In this document: positions 10,564 to 18,910 of the stretch, one piece after another
Layout: each line of letters starts with the position of its first letter
Position numbering within the stretch: the first letter of the stretch is position 1
From: Kofleriaceae bacterium
GTDB taxonomy: Bacteria; Myxococcota_A; Polyangia; Haliangiales; Haliangiaceae
Reading direction: 5' to 3'
NCBI GenBank assembly: GCA_965215005.1
Contig: CBDCCZ010000021.1
Location: 25,068 to 89,067 of the forward strand
Length of the DNA: 64,000 nucleotides
Program-made: the position numbers and the translations under genes
The notes under the pieces: generated by a model
Database searches by the model: none
Seen by the model: only the letters and a program-made list of their open reading frames with translations
Told to the model about the DNA's origin: nothing

Positions 10564-11856
10564 CTACTCGAGTAGCCGGTTCAATTGGCCCCGATAGCTC
10601 ACAGCCCCTCGGCGAACCGGGGGCGCGCTTGCCTGGACCGGCGGCCCAGCTAGAGGAGCAGTATCGGTCGGAGGTTCATCGCCGCTGCCGTTGCCAAAGG
10701 TCGTGCTCCAGATGGTCGTGTCGAGGAGCCGGAACAATGCGTACTCGATACGGCCACCGCGCCGCAGAATCTTGAAGAAGTCGACTACGAAGCCGGCTTC
10801 CGCAGCGAAGCGGGCGCCAACTTCGGCCCTCCAGCTCGCTTCGTCCCCGTTGCCGCGAGCGTACGCACTCGGAGTAATCTCGACGTAGGGACCAGCGACG
10901 CGAAACGGAGCCACGGTCACGCGCGGCTGTAGTGAGACGGTTGCCCCAACCCCCCATGCTCCGCCGAGCTGCAGGGTAGGGATACCGCCGTCCGCCCATG
11001 CGTCATGCTCATCCAGCTTGGCGCTCCATCCGATCCCTGGCTGATGATCTAACGAGCCGCGGACGGTACCCGCTAGGCCCACCGGCATCGTCAGATCGAC
11101 GGCGCCAGAATACTCCACCTGCCACGTGGCGATGAGCTCGATGGTGATGACCACGGGAACCCACCCGGCCAAGATCACGAAATCGCGATTGGCTCCTGGA
11201 ATGGGAAAGCTATCGCCATGCGCACCGTTGCCGCGCGCTTGCAGAAGAAGCTCGAAGCTCGCATCCACCTCGAGCGCATAATCGAGATGAAAGCGCTGCG
11301 TCGCCAGATCGAGCTGCGTATGGATGTCTGGAATTACTTCGACGGCTGCATTCTGAATGTCGCCACGCGCATTCGGCAGCGAGAACAGCGGGAAAGTGCC
11401 CAGGTCAAAGCGCAACCCGCTGGCGCCGCCTGCGTTGGGGTCGGGCTCGAGTGCAGCGTTGAGCGTGAGCTCCTCGAAGGCCTCCTCGAGCTGCGCTGGC
11501 TCGGTGACTGCGGTCAAGAGGCCGTCGCGATCATTGGCAATCGAGACTACGCGTCGCAGCTGGCCATCCGAAACGAGTACGTTACCGGCTGCGATTCCTG
11601 GCGCGTCCAGGCCCGGCTGCAGCGTGACGCTCGACGCTGTCTCGTCGACGACCGGCAGCTGCGTGCCGGCTCCAACGCGAATGGCGGCTTCGGTTAGCTG
11701 CGCACTCTGCAGCTCGGCACTGGCGATCGGCTCGTAGACGCCAACGTCACCACCGGTGCAGCCTGCTGTAGCAACTATCGTTGCCAGCGATACGAGGGTG
11801 AGAGGAATGAAGGAGGGGAGAGAAGGAGAGGTCGGTGCCCGATCGGCTGCATTCAT
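10564..11856 (-). CDS. Uncharacterised beta-rich lipoprotein (paralog 2)
   Basis: Lipobox-like TAGC; shares RDFVILAGWVP and VTVAPF[KR]VAG blocks with 8938..10398. Confidence 0.8.
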   Translation of the reverse strand: MNAADRAPTSPSLPSFIPLTLVSLATIVATAGCTGGDVGVYEPIASAELQSAQLTEAAIRVGAGTQLPVVDETASSVTLQPGLDAPGIAAGNVLVSDGQLRRVVSIANDRDGLLTAVTEPAQLEEAFEELTLNAALEPDPNAGGASGLRFDLGTFPLFSLPNARGDIQNAAVEVIPDIHTQLDLATQRFHLDYALEVDASFELLLQARGNGAHGDSFPIPGANRDFVILAGWVPVVITIELIATWQVEYSGAVDLTMPVGLAGTVRGSLDHQPGIGWSAKLDEHDAWADGGIPTLQLGGAWGVGATVSLQPRVTVAPFRVAGPYVEITPSAYARGNGDEASWRAEVGARFAAEAGFVVDFFKILRRGGRIEYALFRLLDTTIWSTTFGNGSGDEPPTDTAPLAGPPVQASAPPVRRGAVSYRGQLNRLLE

Positions 11857-11868
11857 GTCGCAACGCAG

Positions 11869-11885
11869 AGCAAGCTCAGTGCCCA
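11869..11885 (-). promoter_or_regulatory. sigma54 promoter candidate
   Basis: Minus strand TGGGCACTGAGCTTGCT, close to the TGGCAC-N5-TTGC consensus. Confidence 0.7.
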
Positions 11886-11997
11886 GGTTGCTAATCCGGC
11901 GTTACTTGCCGAGTTGCTTGCCGAAGTGAGGACCGGCAGGCATCGACGGCGGCGGAATCGCCCTCACGCTTCACGGATGCAGCCTACTGTCGTCAGT

Positions 11998-12021
11998 GGC
12001 TGGAGACTGAACTCTCCAGCC
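11998..12021. terminator. Intergenic hairpin downstream of the DUF1996 gene
   Basis: GGCTGGAGA-ctgaac-TCTCCAGCC, perfect 9-bp stem; no clear U-tract. Confidence 0.4.
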
Positions 12022-12092
12022 GATAGACGGCGTCATGAAGTGACGCTTAGCGAACCTTCGCGCGCTGGAGCGTCAACGTCATGACTGGTTTG

Positions 12093-13254
12093 CTAGCGGG
12101 TAACTGGCCAAAGCTTGACAGCATCGGCAACGGCGCGGGTGCCGCCGCTTGGTTGAAAGTTGTTGTGCGTTTCTACCCAATCACCTTTCGCCATCCGATA
12201 GCGGCCAAGACGCACCCAGGTGCCTTGGTTGCCGAGCTTGCTCATATCCACCTTCTTATATTCAGTGCCTCCTCGATGCCGTACGGCGAAGGGTTGGTTG
12301 CTCGTCATGCCGCCGCCTCCGGCACGGACGAATACGTCGTACTGCTGCGCGCGGCTTGACAGTGCGGGGGTGAATCTGGCTCTGGCCTTTCCACCTTCCT
12401 GCGCCTCCCGATACGACCAGCTCGATCCAATGAAGCCAAACCCCCACGATTGACCGTTCCAAAAGTTGCCTGCGTAGCCCGGGTCGTCGTTGTCTACGAC
12501 GATGGGCGCGTCGGCCTCTGGAATCGTGAGTCTCCAGCCGTTGCCCAAGTCGCCGTTGTTGCACGTGCGACCACGACGGATGCAATGCTCGACGAACTCG
12601 TCCATCACCTCTTGCTTCCATCCATTCCACCAATCGGCGTGAAGGCTAGCGCCAGGAGCTCCATCGCCCGCGTCGGAGGAAAGACGCCATCCCTGCGTGC
12701 CGTTGTCGTCTTTGATCGTCCACTCGGCGACTACTGTGATCGCAGGAATCACAGCCGGGTGCGAGCTCGGGCAGCCCGAGATTCCCGATCCATAGACGAC
12801 GTGGCTGCGATGGTCTTTTGAGTCTAGTCGCTTGCCATCCCAGCACTGAGGAAAGTGAATCCAAGCGCTCAACGTGTCGCCTTGCCTGCACCCGCGAATG
12901 TTGTCCTTGCCTCGCGCGCAGTCGCCCCAGAAGGCGCCATTCATCGAGCCACTCTTGCTATCGAACCCACCGATGAGGCGTAGCCCTTTGGGAGCTGAAA
13001 CGATCTTCTGCCGTGGTTCGATGTAGCCACTCTTGTAGTAGATCTTGAGCTGCGTCGGTTCCTGCCGTCGACCGGCGCTGTCGAGAAGCGTTGGAAACCA
13101 GTAGGACGAAAGGTTGCGGATGCCGCCGGCGCACGAGGTCTCCCCGGCAAGGAGACTCTTGGTGGTGGTATTGGCGTCTACGAACCGGTTGCCAATGAAC
13201 GTGTGGTCGTGTGCTGCGCCCGGTTGCACGTCTAACTATGCTCAGGCGCCGCAT
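12093..13254 (-). pseudogene. DUF1996 protein with a C-terminal golvesin/xanthan-lyase-like beta-sandwich domain; 5' end damaged
   Basis: QPGAAHDHTFIGN, NLSSYWFP, HFPQCWDG..LDS.DH.SH and LHADWWNGW motifs; C-terminal IVVDNDD..WVRLG.Y..VADAVK. The frame begins mid-motif, with an in-frame stop three codons before the GTG at 13229; no DPIV motif and no signal peptide. Confidence 0.7.
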
Positions 13255-13290
13255 CTGTAGCGCGTGGCCGTGCTTGTGCGGTTTGATAAG

Positions 13291-13306
13291 AGCAAGACAT
13301 ATGCCG
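13291..13306 (-). promoter_or_regulatory. sigma54 promoter candidate
   Basis: Minus strand CGGCATATGTCTTGCT = GG-N10-GC. Confidence 0.7.
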
Positions 13307-13332
13307 TCAGGAGCCAGATATCTGGCTCCTGA
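13307..13332. repeat. Perfect 26-bp palindrome
   Basis: TCAGGAGCCAGATATCTGGCTCCTGA is its own reverse complement. Confidence 0.95.
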
Positions 13333-13535
13333 ACTTCAGACGCTGCGAATCTACGGTGGCGAGTGGATGCCCCGCTGAGGGTGGTGGCCACCATCGCTGG
13401 TCGGCCTCGAGGTTCCGTGTAGGAACGCGCAGCACGGTTAGCGCAGGCCTTCGCAGCGGCGCGGGTCCACGCGCGCGTATCATGGCAACGCGCGGCAGGT
13501 GCAATGGTGCAAGCGCTTACTTGCTAGAGAAGCGC

Positions 13536-13581
13536 CGTGCCGCCCGCGGACTCTGAAGAGCCGCGCGGGCACGATGGCACG
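13536..13581 (-). terminator. GC-rich hairpin directly 3' of the tRNA
   Basis: Imperfect stem CGTGCC/GCCCGCGG ... CCGCGCGGGC/GGCACG; weak U-tract. Confidence 0.5.
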
Positions 13582-13582
13582 T

Positions 13583-13657
13583 TGGAGCGGGGTACGGGAT
13601 TTGAACCCGCGACCTTCAGCTTGGGAAGCTGACACTCTACCGCTGAGTTAACCCCGC
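13583..13657 (-). tRNA. tRNA-Gly(CCC)
   Basis: GCGGGGTTAACTCAGCGGTAGAGTGTCAGCTTCCCAAGCTGAAGGTCGCGGGTTCAAATCCCGTACCCCGCTCCA: cloverleaf, anticodon loop TTCCCAA, T-loop GTTCAAAT, encoded CCA. Confidence 0.98.
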
Positions 13658-13669
13658 GTAGGTGCGGCA

Positions 13670-13697
13670 ACGATACTGCAACGGCGGATGGAGTCAA
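13670..13697 (-). promoter_or_regulatory. sigma70 promoter of the tRNA
   Basis: TTGACT-N16-TATCGT, 12 nt upstream of the tRNA 5' end. Confidence 0.7.
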
Positions 13698-13793
13698 GGG
13701 CGAGTGCGGCGCTTGTCGCGAGCTTGCCGCGCCGCGCAGAGTGCTCGCGAGATGCTCCGGGCGGAGGGGCAAGTTCTGCTATGGTCGCGCGCC

Positions 13794-14621
13794 ATGGCCG
13801 GCGGTGATTTGTCGATAACGGCGCTCTACACGTGTCAGACGTGGCAGTGGGCCAACTTCGGTGGCGCTGAGCTTCTGGCGAGCTCCCGGAGCCAGCAAGT
13901 ATTCGATGCGACCAATGCTGCCCTTTGGTTGGCGCGCCGACTCCGCCCGGAGCTGCCGTCGCTGCCGCACAGCTTGGCGCAGCGGCACGCGATCCTCGAT
14001 GCGCTCGTCGCGCAGGCGGGCTGCTCGCGCGTGCTCGAGTTGGCGGCGGGGCTCTCGCGACGTGGAGCGACCGTGTCGGCGGACCCGCACTTCGACTATG
14101 TAGAGGTCGATCTGGCCAGCGTCGTTCAGCAGAAACGCGCGCTACTGCAGCGTAGCGCAGCCGGACGCGCGGTGCTCGAGCGGCCGAACCTGCGGCTTGT
14201 GAGTGGTGACGTCGCCGCTATCGACCTCGAGGCGCTCGTTCCCGGTGCGGCGCCGGCTTGCGTGGTGGCGGAAGGGCTGCTCATGTATCTCGACGCGGCG
14301 GCGCAGCGAGCTCTTTGGACGCGGCTAGCTACGCTGCTGCGCGCACGTCCGGGCAGCTGGTTTGTGTTCGATCTGGTTCCGGCGATCGAGCAGCCGCAGC
14401 CGGGGGTGGTCGGTCGGGTTCTCGATCGCTTGTTTCAGCGCTTCACTGGGGGAGCACGATTCGCATTCGACCATCGCGGTCGGTCGGCGCTGGTCAATGA
14501 GCTGCATGCGGCTGGGTTTGCCGAGGTCGAGCTATTTGAGCCTCATATGGCGCCTGCAGACTGGCAGCTGCCGTTTCTCGATCAACCGACACAGACGCTG
14601 GTGTTCGCGTGCCGAGCGTAG
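13794..14621 (+). CDS. Class I SAM-dependent methyltransferase (leucine carboxyl methyltransferase-like family)
   Basis: VLELAAGLS.RG, YVEVDL and VVAEGLLMYL motifs; start placed at ATG 13794. Confidence 0.85.
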   Translation: MAGGDLSITALYTCQTWQWANFGGAELLASSRSQQVFDATNAALWLARRLRPELPSLPHSLAQRHAILDALVAQAGCSRVLELAAGLSRRGATVSADPHFDYVEVDLASVVQQKRALLQRSAAGRAVLERPNLRLVSGDVAAIDLEALVPGAAPACVVAEGLLMYLDAAAQRALWTRLATLLRARPGSWFVFDLVPAIEQPQPGVVGRVLDRLFQRFTGGARFAFDHRGRSALVNELHAAGFAEVELFEPHMAPADWQLPFLDQPTQTLVFACRA

Positions 14622-14623
14622 AC

Positions 14624-14986
14624 TCACGATAGAAGTCGTGCCACGCGCAGGAACTTGAGCCGGCTGCCGGTAATCTTGACGTCACCGCGCAGATACGCTT
14701 TCAAGCCGTTGTCTTGCCCAAGGTTGAGGCGGCGCCAGGTGTCTACCGACAGCGTGAGCGTGAATGAAGGCTTTGGATGTTGGCCGCCATGCACTTTCAC
14801 GGCACCGCCATTGAGGTCGAAGTACCATGAGCCGCCAGCGTCGCCGGTGAGATGAAGCTGCGCGATGGCACCAGCCCGACCCAATCGACCGACCGAAGAC
14901 CCGAGCTCTTCGAGCTGCGCGGGCAGCCACTCGAGGAAGTAGCGGTTGGGTTGATCGAGGAGCTCAGCGGGCGGAGCATCGGGCAC
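14624..14986 (-). CDS. SCP2 sterol/lipid-binding domain protein
   Basis: LTGDAGGSWYFDL..G..KPSFTLTL....W..L..G......AYLRGDVKITG. Start uncertain (GTG 14986 assumed). Confidence 0.8.
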   Translation of the reverse strand: MPDAPPAELLDQPNRYFLEWLPAQLEELGSSVGRLGRAGAIAQLHLTGDAGGSWYFDLNGGAVKVHGGQHPKPSFTLTLSVDTWRRLNLGQDNGLKAYLRGDVKITGSRLKFLRVARLLS

Positions 14987-15181
14987 GGCTTCATGTACCA
15001 CGGCGCAGGTGCAGCGATCGACATTCTCCGAAGCAGGCCTCACGAGGAGCGTCGGGCGGGCAAGCTCCTGCAGGCGCGCCGCAAGCGCCTCGCCCACGGG
15101 ATGAGAGCTTAGCTCGCTGCGGCTGGCACAATGTCTTGCTTGCGAGCTGCCCAAGCGGCCTTGATGTCGTAGCGTTCCCGC

Positions 15182-15541
15182 ATGGCCCGAGGACTGGAAA
15201 AGCATCAAGCGCGACTGCAGCAAATATCGCTCGTGGGCAAAGACTTAGCGAGACGCGCGCGCCGCAAGTGCGAGCTATGCGAGGCATCAGAAGCGCTGCA
15301 TCCATATGACACTGCGCCCGATGAGGAGCCCGGGCTCCTCACGCTCGCGTTGCTATGCGAGCGCTGCATTGCAGTTGCCGAGGGTCGTCGCGATGATCCG
15401 CGAACGCTGCGCTTTCTCGAGAATGCCGTGTGGAGCGACGTTCCGCCGGTGGCATTGGTGGCGCGGCAAATGCTCGCGACGGTGGATGCGCAGTGGGCGC
15501 GCGAGACACTAGAGATGGTACCTGACGGCTCCAGCGATTGA
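15182..15541 (+). CDS. PhnA-like Zn-ribbon protein
   Basis: RARRKCELC...LLCERC...LRFLENAVWSDVP pattern. Confidence 0.7.
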   Translation: MARGLEKHQARLQQISLVGKDLARRARRKCELCEASEALHPYDTAPDEEPGLLTLALLCERCIAVAEGRRDDPRTLRFLENAVWSDVPPVALVARQMLATVDAQWARETLEMVPDGSSD

Positions 15542-15639
15542 CGATTCCTGTTGCGGTGTCGCCGTAGCTAGCAACGGAGCTCATCGCGGGAGTTGGACTT
15601 CTCGCGGTTCTCGCGGTTTAGGACTCTCGTCCAATGAAC

Positions 15640-15840
15640 CTAGGCGAGTCGCGGCACGCAAGTATCGTCGTCGAACGTGGGCATCCGCGCCAGACCTTCT
15701 GCCAGCTCGCTTGGGCTAGCAGAGGCGACACCCGCTTCGATTGGTGCCTGCGCCGCCTCGCGCCCGCGAGGATGCGTCGCACAGCAGAGCTCGAGATGCT
15801 CGTAGATTTCGCCTTCCCATGCTTCCGGTTCGTAGCTCAT
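15640..15840 (-). CDS. Small acidic hypothetical protein
   Basis: 66-aa ORF filling an intergenic gap; GGGGGA purine tract upstream of the ATG. Confidence 0.4.
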   Translation of the reverse strand: MSYEPEAWEGEIYEHLELCCATHPRGREAAQAPIEAGVASASPSELAEGLARMPTFDDDTCVPRLA

Positions 15841-16106
15841 CGATGGTTCCCCCAGTGAATGTGTTCGTGAGAATGCGCCTCACGCGATGCCTATGAACCA
15901 CGGATTGCTGAACGAGGCCAGCGGGGGCGTCGCAAAAGACGCGTTTAGGGAACTGCGCAGTGCGTCATTGACAGCTTGATCGGTGAGTTGGCGGATTGCT
16001 GGCGTGCGCTTCGCCGGCGGTCGCCAGATCTGAGCGCGCCTTTGTCACTGGAAAGTTCATGGTTGCGGCGAGTCCCGCAGCAACGTTTCAGCTATACCGA
16101 TTCCCG

Positions 16107-16985
16107 GTGAATCGATTTGTTCCCGTGGTCGCGGCAGCCACCGAAGAGCAGCTCGTGGCCCTGCTTGAGTCGCTCGCCGGCCGGCGATTTGCCGTGCTCA
16201 CGGGCGCCGGATGCAGCACCGAATCAGGCATTCCAGACTATCGCGGGCCAGGAACTGCTAGCCGCGCGCGCAATCCCATCCAATACCGGGCGTTCATCGA
16301 TCAACCCAGTGCCCGCGTGCGCTATTGGGCCCGCAGCGTGGTCGGTTGGTCGCGACTGACTGAAGCGTTGCCCAATCCGGCGCATCATGCCCTCGCGGCG
16401 TTGGAGCGACATGGCGTCACTACGTCCCTGATCACGCAAAACGTCGACCGGCTCCATCACGCTGCTGGAAGCCGGCGCGTCGTCGAGCTGCATGGTGCAC
16501 TCGCCGAGGTTCGCTGCTTGGCGTGCCAGTCGCTCGAGACCAGGGAATCGCTTCAGCAGCGTCTTCTCGACCTCAACCCGAACTGGCTCGACCACGCGGC
16601 GGAGCTCGCGCCCGACGGTGACGCTGAGCTGAATGAGGCGATGATGCGCGGGTTCTGCGTTGCGGATTGCATGTTCTGTCACGGGATACTCAAGCCCAAC
16701 GTGGTGTTCTTTGGTGAGAGCGTGCCTCGACCAGTCGTGGATGCCGCATGGCAGGCTGTCGATGGTGCCGACGCACTGCTGGTCGTTGGCTCCTCGCTCA
16801 CCGTCTATTCGGGCTTCCGCTTTGTTCGCGGCGCCGCAGAGCGAGGCTTGCCAGTCGTTATCATCAACGTGGGGTCTACGCGGGGAGATGCGTTGGCGTC
16901 ACTTTCCATCGAAGCCCGCGCAGCAGAGCTGCTACCGCGGTTGGCCGCCGCATTGGGAGCGGGCGATGGAGCGAGTGACTGCTAG
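16107..16985 (+). CDS. cobB: NAD-dependent protein deacylase, Sir2 family (class II-like)
   Basis: [28 protein letters not shown], two Cxx[20 protein letters not shown]. Start uncertain. Confidence 0.92.
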   Translation: MNRFVPVVAAATEEQLVALLESLAGRRFAVLTGAGCSTESGIPDYRGPGTASRARNPIQYRAFIDQPSARVRYWARSVVGWSRLTEALPNPAHHALAALERHGVTTSLITQNVDRLHHAAGSRRVVELHGALAEVRCLACQSLETRESLQQRLLDLNPNWLDHAAELAPDGDAELNEAMMRGFCVADCMFCHGILKPNVVFFGESVPRPVVDAAWQAVDGADALLVVGSSLTVYSGFRFVRGAAERGLPVVIINVGSTRGDALASLSIEARAAELLPRLAAALGAGDGASDC

Positions 16986-16998
16986 CGCACTGAGTTGT

Positions 16999-17044
16999 GC
17001 CTACCGCTGAGCGGCTGCTGAGGTAGCCAGCAGCCTCAGTAGGC
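16999..17044. terminator. Long intergenic hairpin
   Basis: GCCTAC..CTGAG.GGCTGCTG pairs with CAGCAGCC-TCAG-TAGGC. Confidence 0.5.
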
Positions 17045-17143
17045 GTTGCTGTGGCTGGGAGAGGAGCCGCGCACGATCGGTTGCAGTCGCACCAAATGGC
17101 TGGATTTCGGGCCGTTTCGGTCGACGTTTCCGCGTCCGAACGT

Positions 17144-17159
17144 TGGTATGCGATCTGCT
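17144..17159 (+). promoter_or_regulatory. sigma54 promoter candidate
   Basis: TGGTATGCGATCTGCT = GG-N10-GC, upstream of SD GAGGAG and ATG 17187. Confidence 0.55.
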
Positions 17160-17186
17160 CTTGGTGCGCTCAATCAAGAGGAGATC

Positions 17187-18842
17187 ATGAAGCGCATCAC
17201 CACGACTGTACTAACTGCTGTACCCGTCACACTCCTAGGCCTTGGGCTCTCTGGCTGTGACCCCGCGCCGGCCAGTCCCGCCGCTGCCTGCACCGGGAAG
17301 TGCGACTCCGGAGGTGAGCCCGTCGACTCGGCAGAGCTCGATGTCTGCGTTGCCATTCGGGGAAACGGTCCGCGAATCACCGCGCACTTTGGCGCGCTCG
17401 CCCGCATCATCGAGCACTACGGTCTCATCGATGCGACCGCCGGCGGCAGCTCGGGGAGCATCACGAGCTTTCTCTTGGAAAGCATCCAAGCCAATCCCTA
17501 CGTTACTGACTGCGGCGAGTCTGTTTGTTCCAAAGACGAGGCGGCGGGGCGCGCTGCGCTCCTATTCAAGAGTTTATATGGCTACGCCAACGCTATTGGA
17601 GGGACGGAAGAGCTGGTTGCGATTCGCGCGATGAGTGAAACCTGGCGGCAAGTGCAGGAACGCGACATCGAGTCGCTGCTCAACGAAGATCCGCTGCGCG
17701 GGGTTGCTGCGCTTCGCGCGATTCTAGAATCGCCCGAGCTTCGTGACCTGATCAATGAAGAGGTCTTGGAGGTGCTGGCGCAGTCGCCAGATCCGGTGCA
17801 CCACGCGCGCGATATCATTGCCGCGTTGCAGGCCGGGCTGCGGTTCGAGCCGGATGGTCCCGGGGTGTTCGTGCGCCCGGGAATCATCGATTTCGCGGCT
17901 TTCGCCGAGCGAGTTGGTCGGATTGGTACTTTTTACGCGGCGTATCCACCCGTAGACGGCTCGGCGATGGCCAATTTTCTAGACGCCTGCGCGGAGTCGG
18001 CCAGAGGGCTGTCGTGGCCCGAGGTTGCCGCGTTGCCGGCGGGAGAATCCACCTGCGGTGCGTCGTTTGCCGAGTTGGTGGCGCAGTACCGCATTGAGTT
18101 TGCGAGTGGCTCGTATCCGTCGCGTATCGATGATCCCATCGGTACGTACATGCCCGCGCTCATCACGACCTCCGTACTCGAGGGAGACGCGGTAGCAGCG
18201 TGGCGGCAGGCGCGCGAGCGATATCTCGCGGCCGAGGAGCCGAGCTTTACCGTCAACTTCGATGACGTGAAGATTGGCTACTGGGGCCGTGCTGTCGATC
18301 TCGCGGCGCTCGAAGCCAATCCTGCCGGCTTCACAGACCTCAAGACCGCCAAGCGTACCTCCCTTGGTGAGGCGAGCTGGCGTCACGCCTTGCGCTACTC
18401 GCCCGCGGAACCCGGCCTGGGACGAGCGGTCGAGCTCGACGACGGTCGCGTGTCGGCTGGCGGCTGGTCCGACCTCCAGCCGGTTCTTGCACTCAAGAAC
18501 ATCGGCTGCGAGAACGTCATCTTCTTGACCCGGCGCGGTGGGGCCGGCGGCTTTCTCGATACCGTCACGGAGATGTTGGGGATCGATGCCAACGAGCGCG
18601 CCGCGCTCTTTGCGCTCGGAAGTGCCGACAGCTCCTATTACCAGTCGATTGAAGAATCCGCTGCCGTGTGGTGCACCGATTGGGACGCACCTTCGGTCTC
18701 TGATCTCTCGGCGATGTACGCCGTGGGTTACGAGGCGCCGATGGAAAGCAACGCAGCTCGCTTCACTTCGTCGGTAGACGCATATCCCGGTGTGCGCTCG
18801 CGCCTCGATATCGCTGGCTGCACCCTTGGCGTCGACGAATAA
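17187..18842 (+). CDS. Lipoprotein with divergent patatin-like motifs
   Basis: SD GAGGAG; lipobox LSGC; VAIRGNG....AHFGAL, DATAGGSSG (G-x-S-x-G), SAGGWSDLQPV. Confidence 0.7.
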   Translation: MKRITTTVLTAVPVTLLGLGLSGCDPAPASPAAACTGKCDSGGEPVDSAELDVCVAIRGNGPRITAHFGALARIIEHYGLIDATAGGSSGSITSFLLESIQANPYVTDCGESVCSKDEAAGRAALLFKSLYGYANAIGGTEELVAIRAMSETWRQVQERDIESLLNEDPLRGVAALRAILESPELRDLINEEVLEVLAQSPDPVHHARDIIAALQAGLRFEPDGPGVFVRPGIIDFAAFAERVGRIGTFYAAYPPVDGSAMANFLDACAESARGLSWPEVAALPAGESTCGASFAELVAQYRIEFASGSYPSRIDDPIGTYMPALITTSVLEGDAVAAWRQARERYLAAEEPSFTVNFDDVKIGYWGRAVDLAALEANPAGFTDLKTAKRTSLGEASWRHALRYSPAEPGLGRAVELDDGRVSAGGWSDLQPVLALKNIGCENVIFLTRRGGAGGFLDTVTEMLGIDANERAALFALGSADSSYYQSIEESAAVWCTDWDAPSVSDLSAMYAVGYEAPMESNAARFTSSVDAYPGVRSRLDIAGCTLGVDE

Positions 18843-18910
18843 TCCGCAAGCATGAATACCGCCGAGCTCTTTGCGCGCTCGACATGGAAACTCGGCGGTA
18901 TAGTCGCGCC

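Noticed and set aside
10561..10578. 18-bp palindrome CGGCTACTCGAGTAGCCG over a stop codon
   Set aside because: Only one copy seen; at most a terminator-like element, with no evidence of a repeat family.
13230..13290. GTTAGAC/GTCTAAC at the DUF1996 breakpoint resembling an integron attC/attI core
   Set aside because: No matching inverse core with a proper stem, no integrase and no cassette array; an internal deletion explains the junction more simply.
5663..13582. Genomic island integrated at the tRNA-Gly 3' end
   Set aside because: No integrase gene, and I found no duplicate of the tRNA 3' end in the window.
15125..15140. TGGCACAATGTCTTGC as a sigma54 promoter
   Set aside because: Spacing is GG-N11-GC rather than the required N10.
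16107..16985. Sirtuin as an anti-phage SIR2 effector
   Set aside because: It has the Zn-binding domain and motifs of a housekeeping deacylase and no defence partners nearby.
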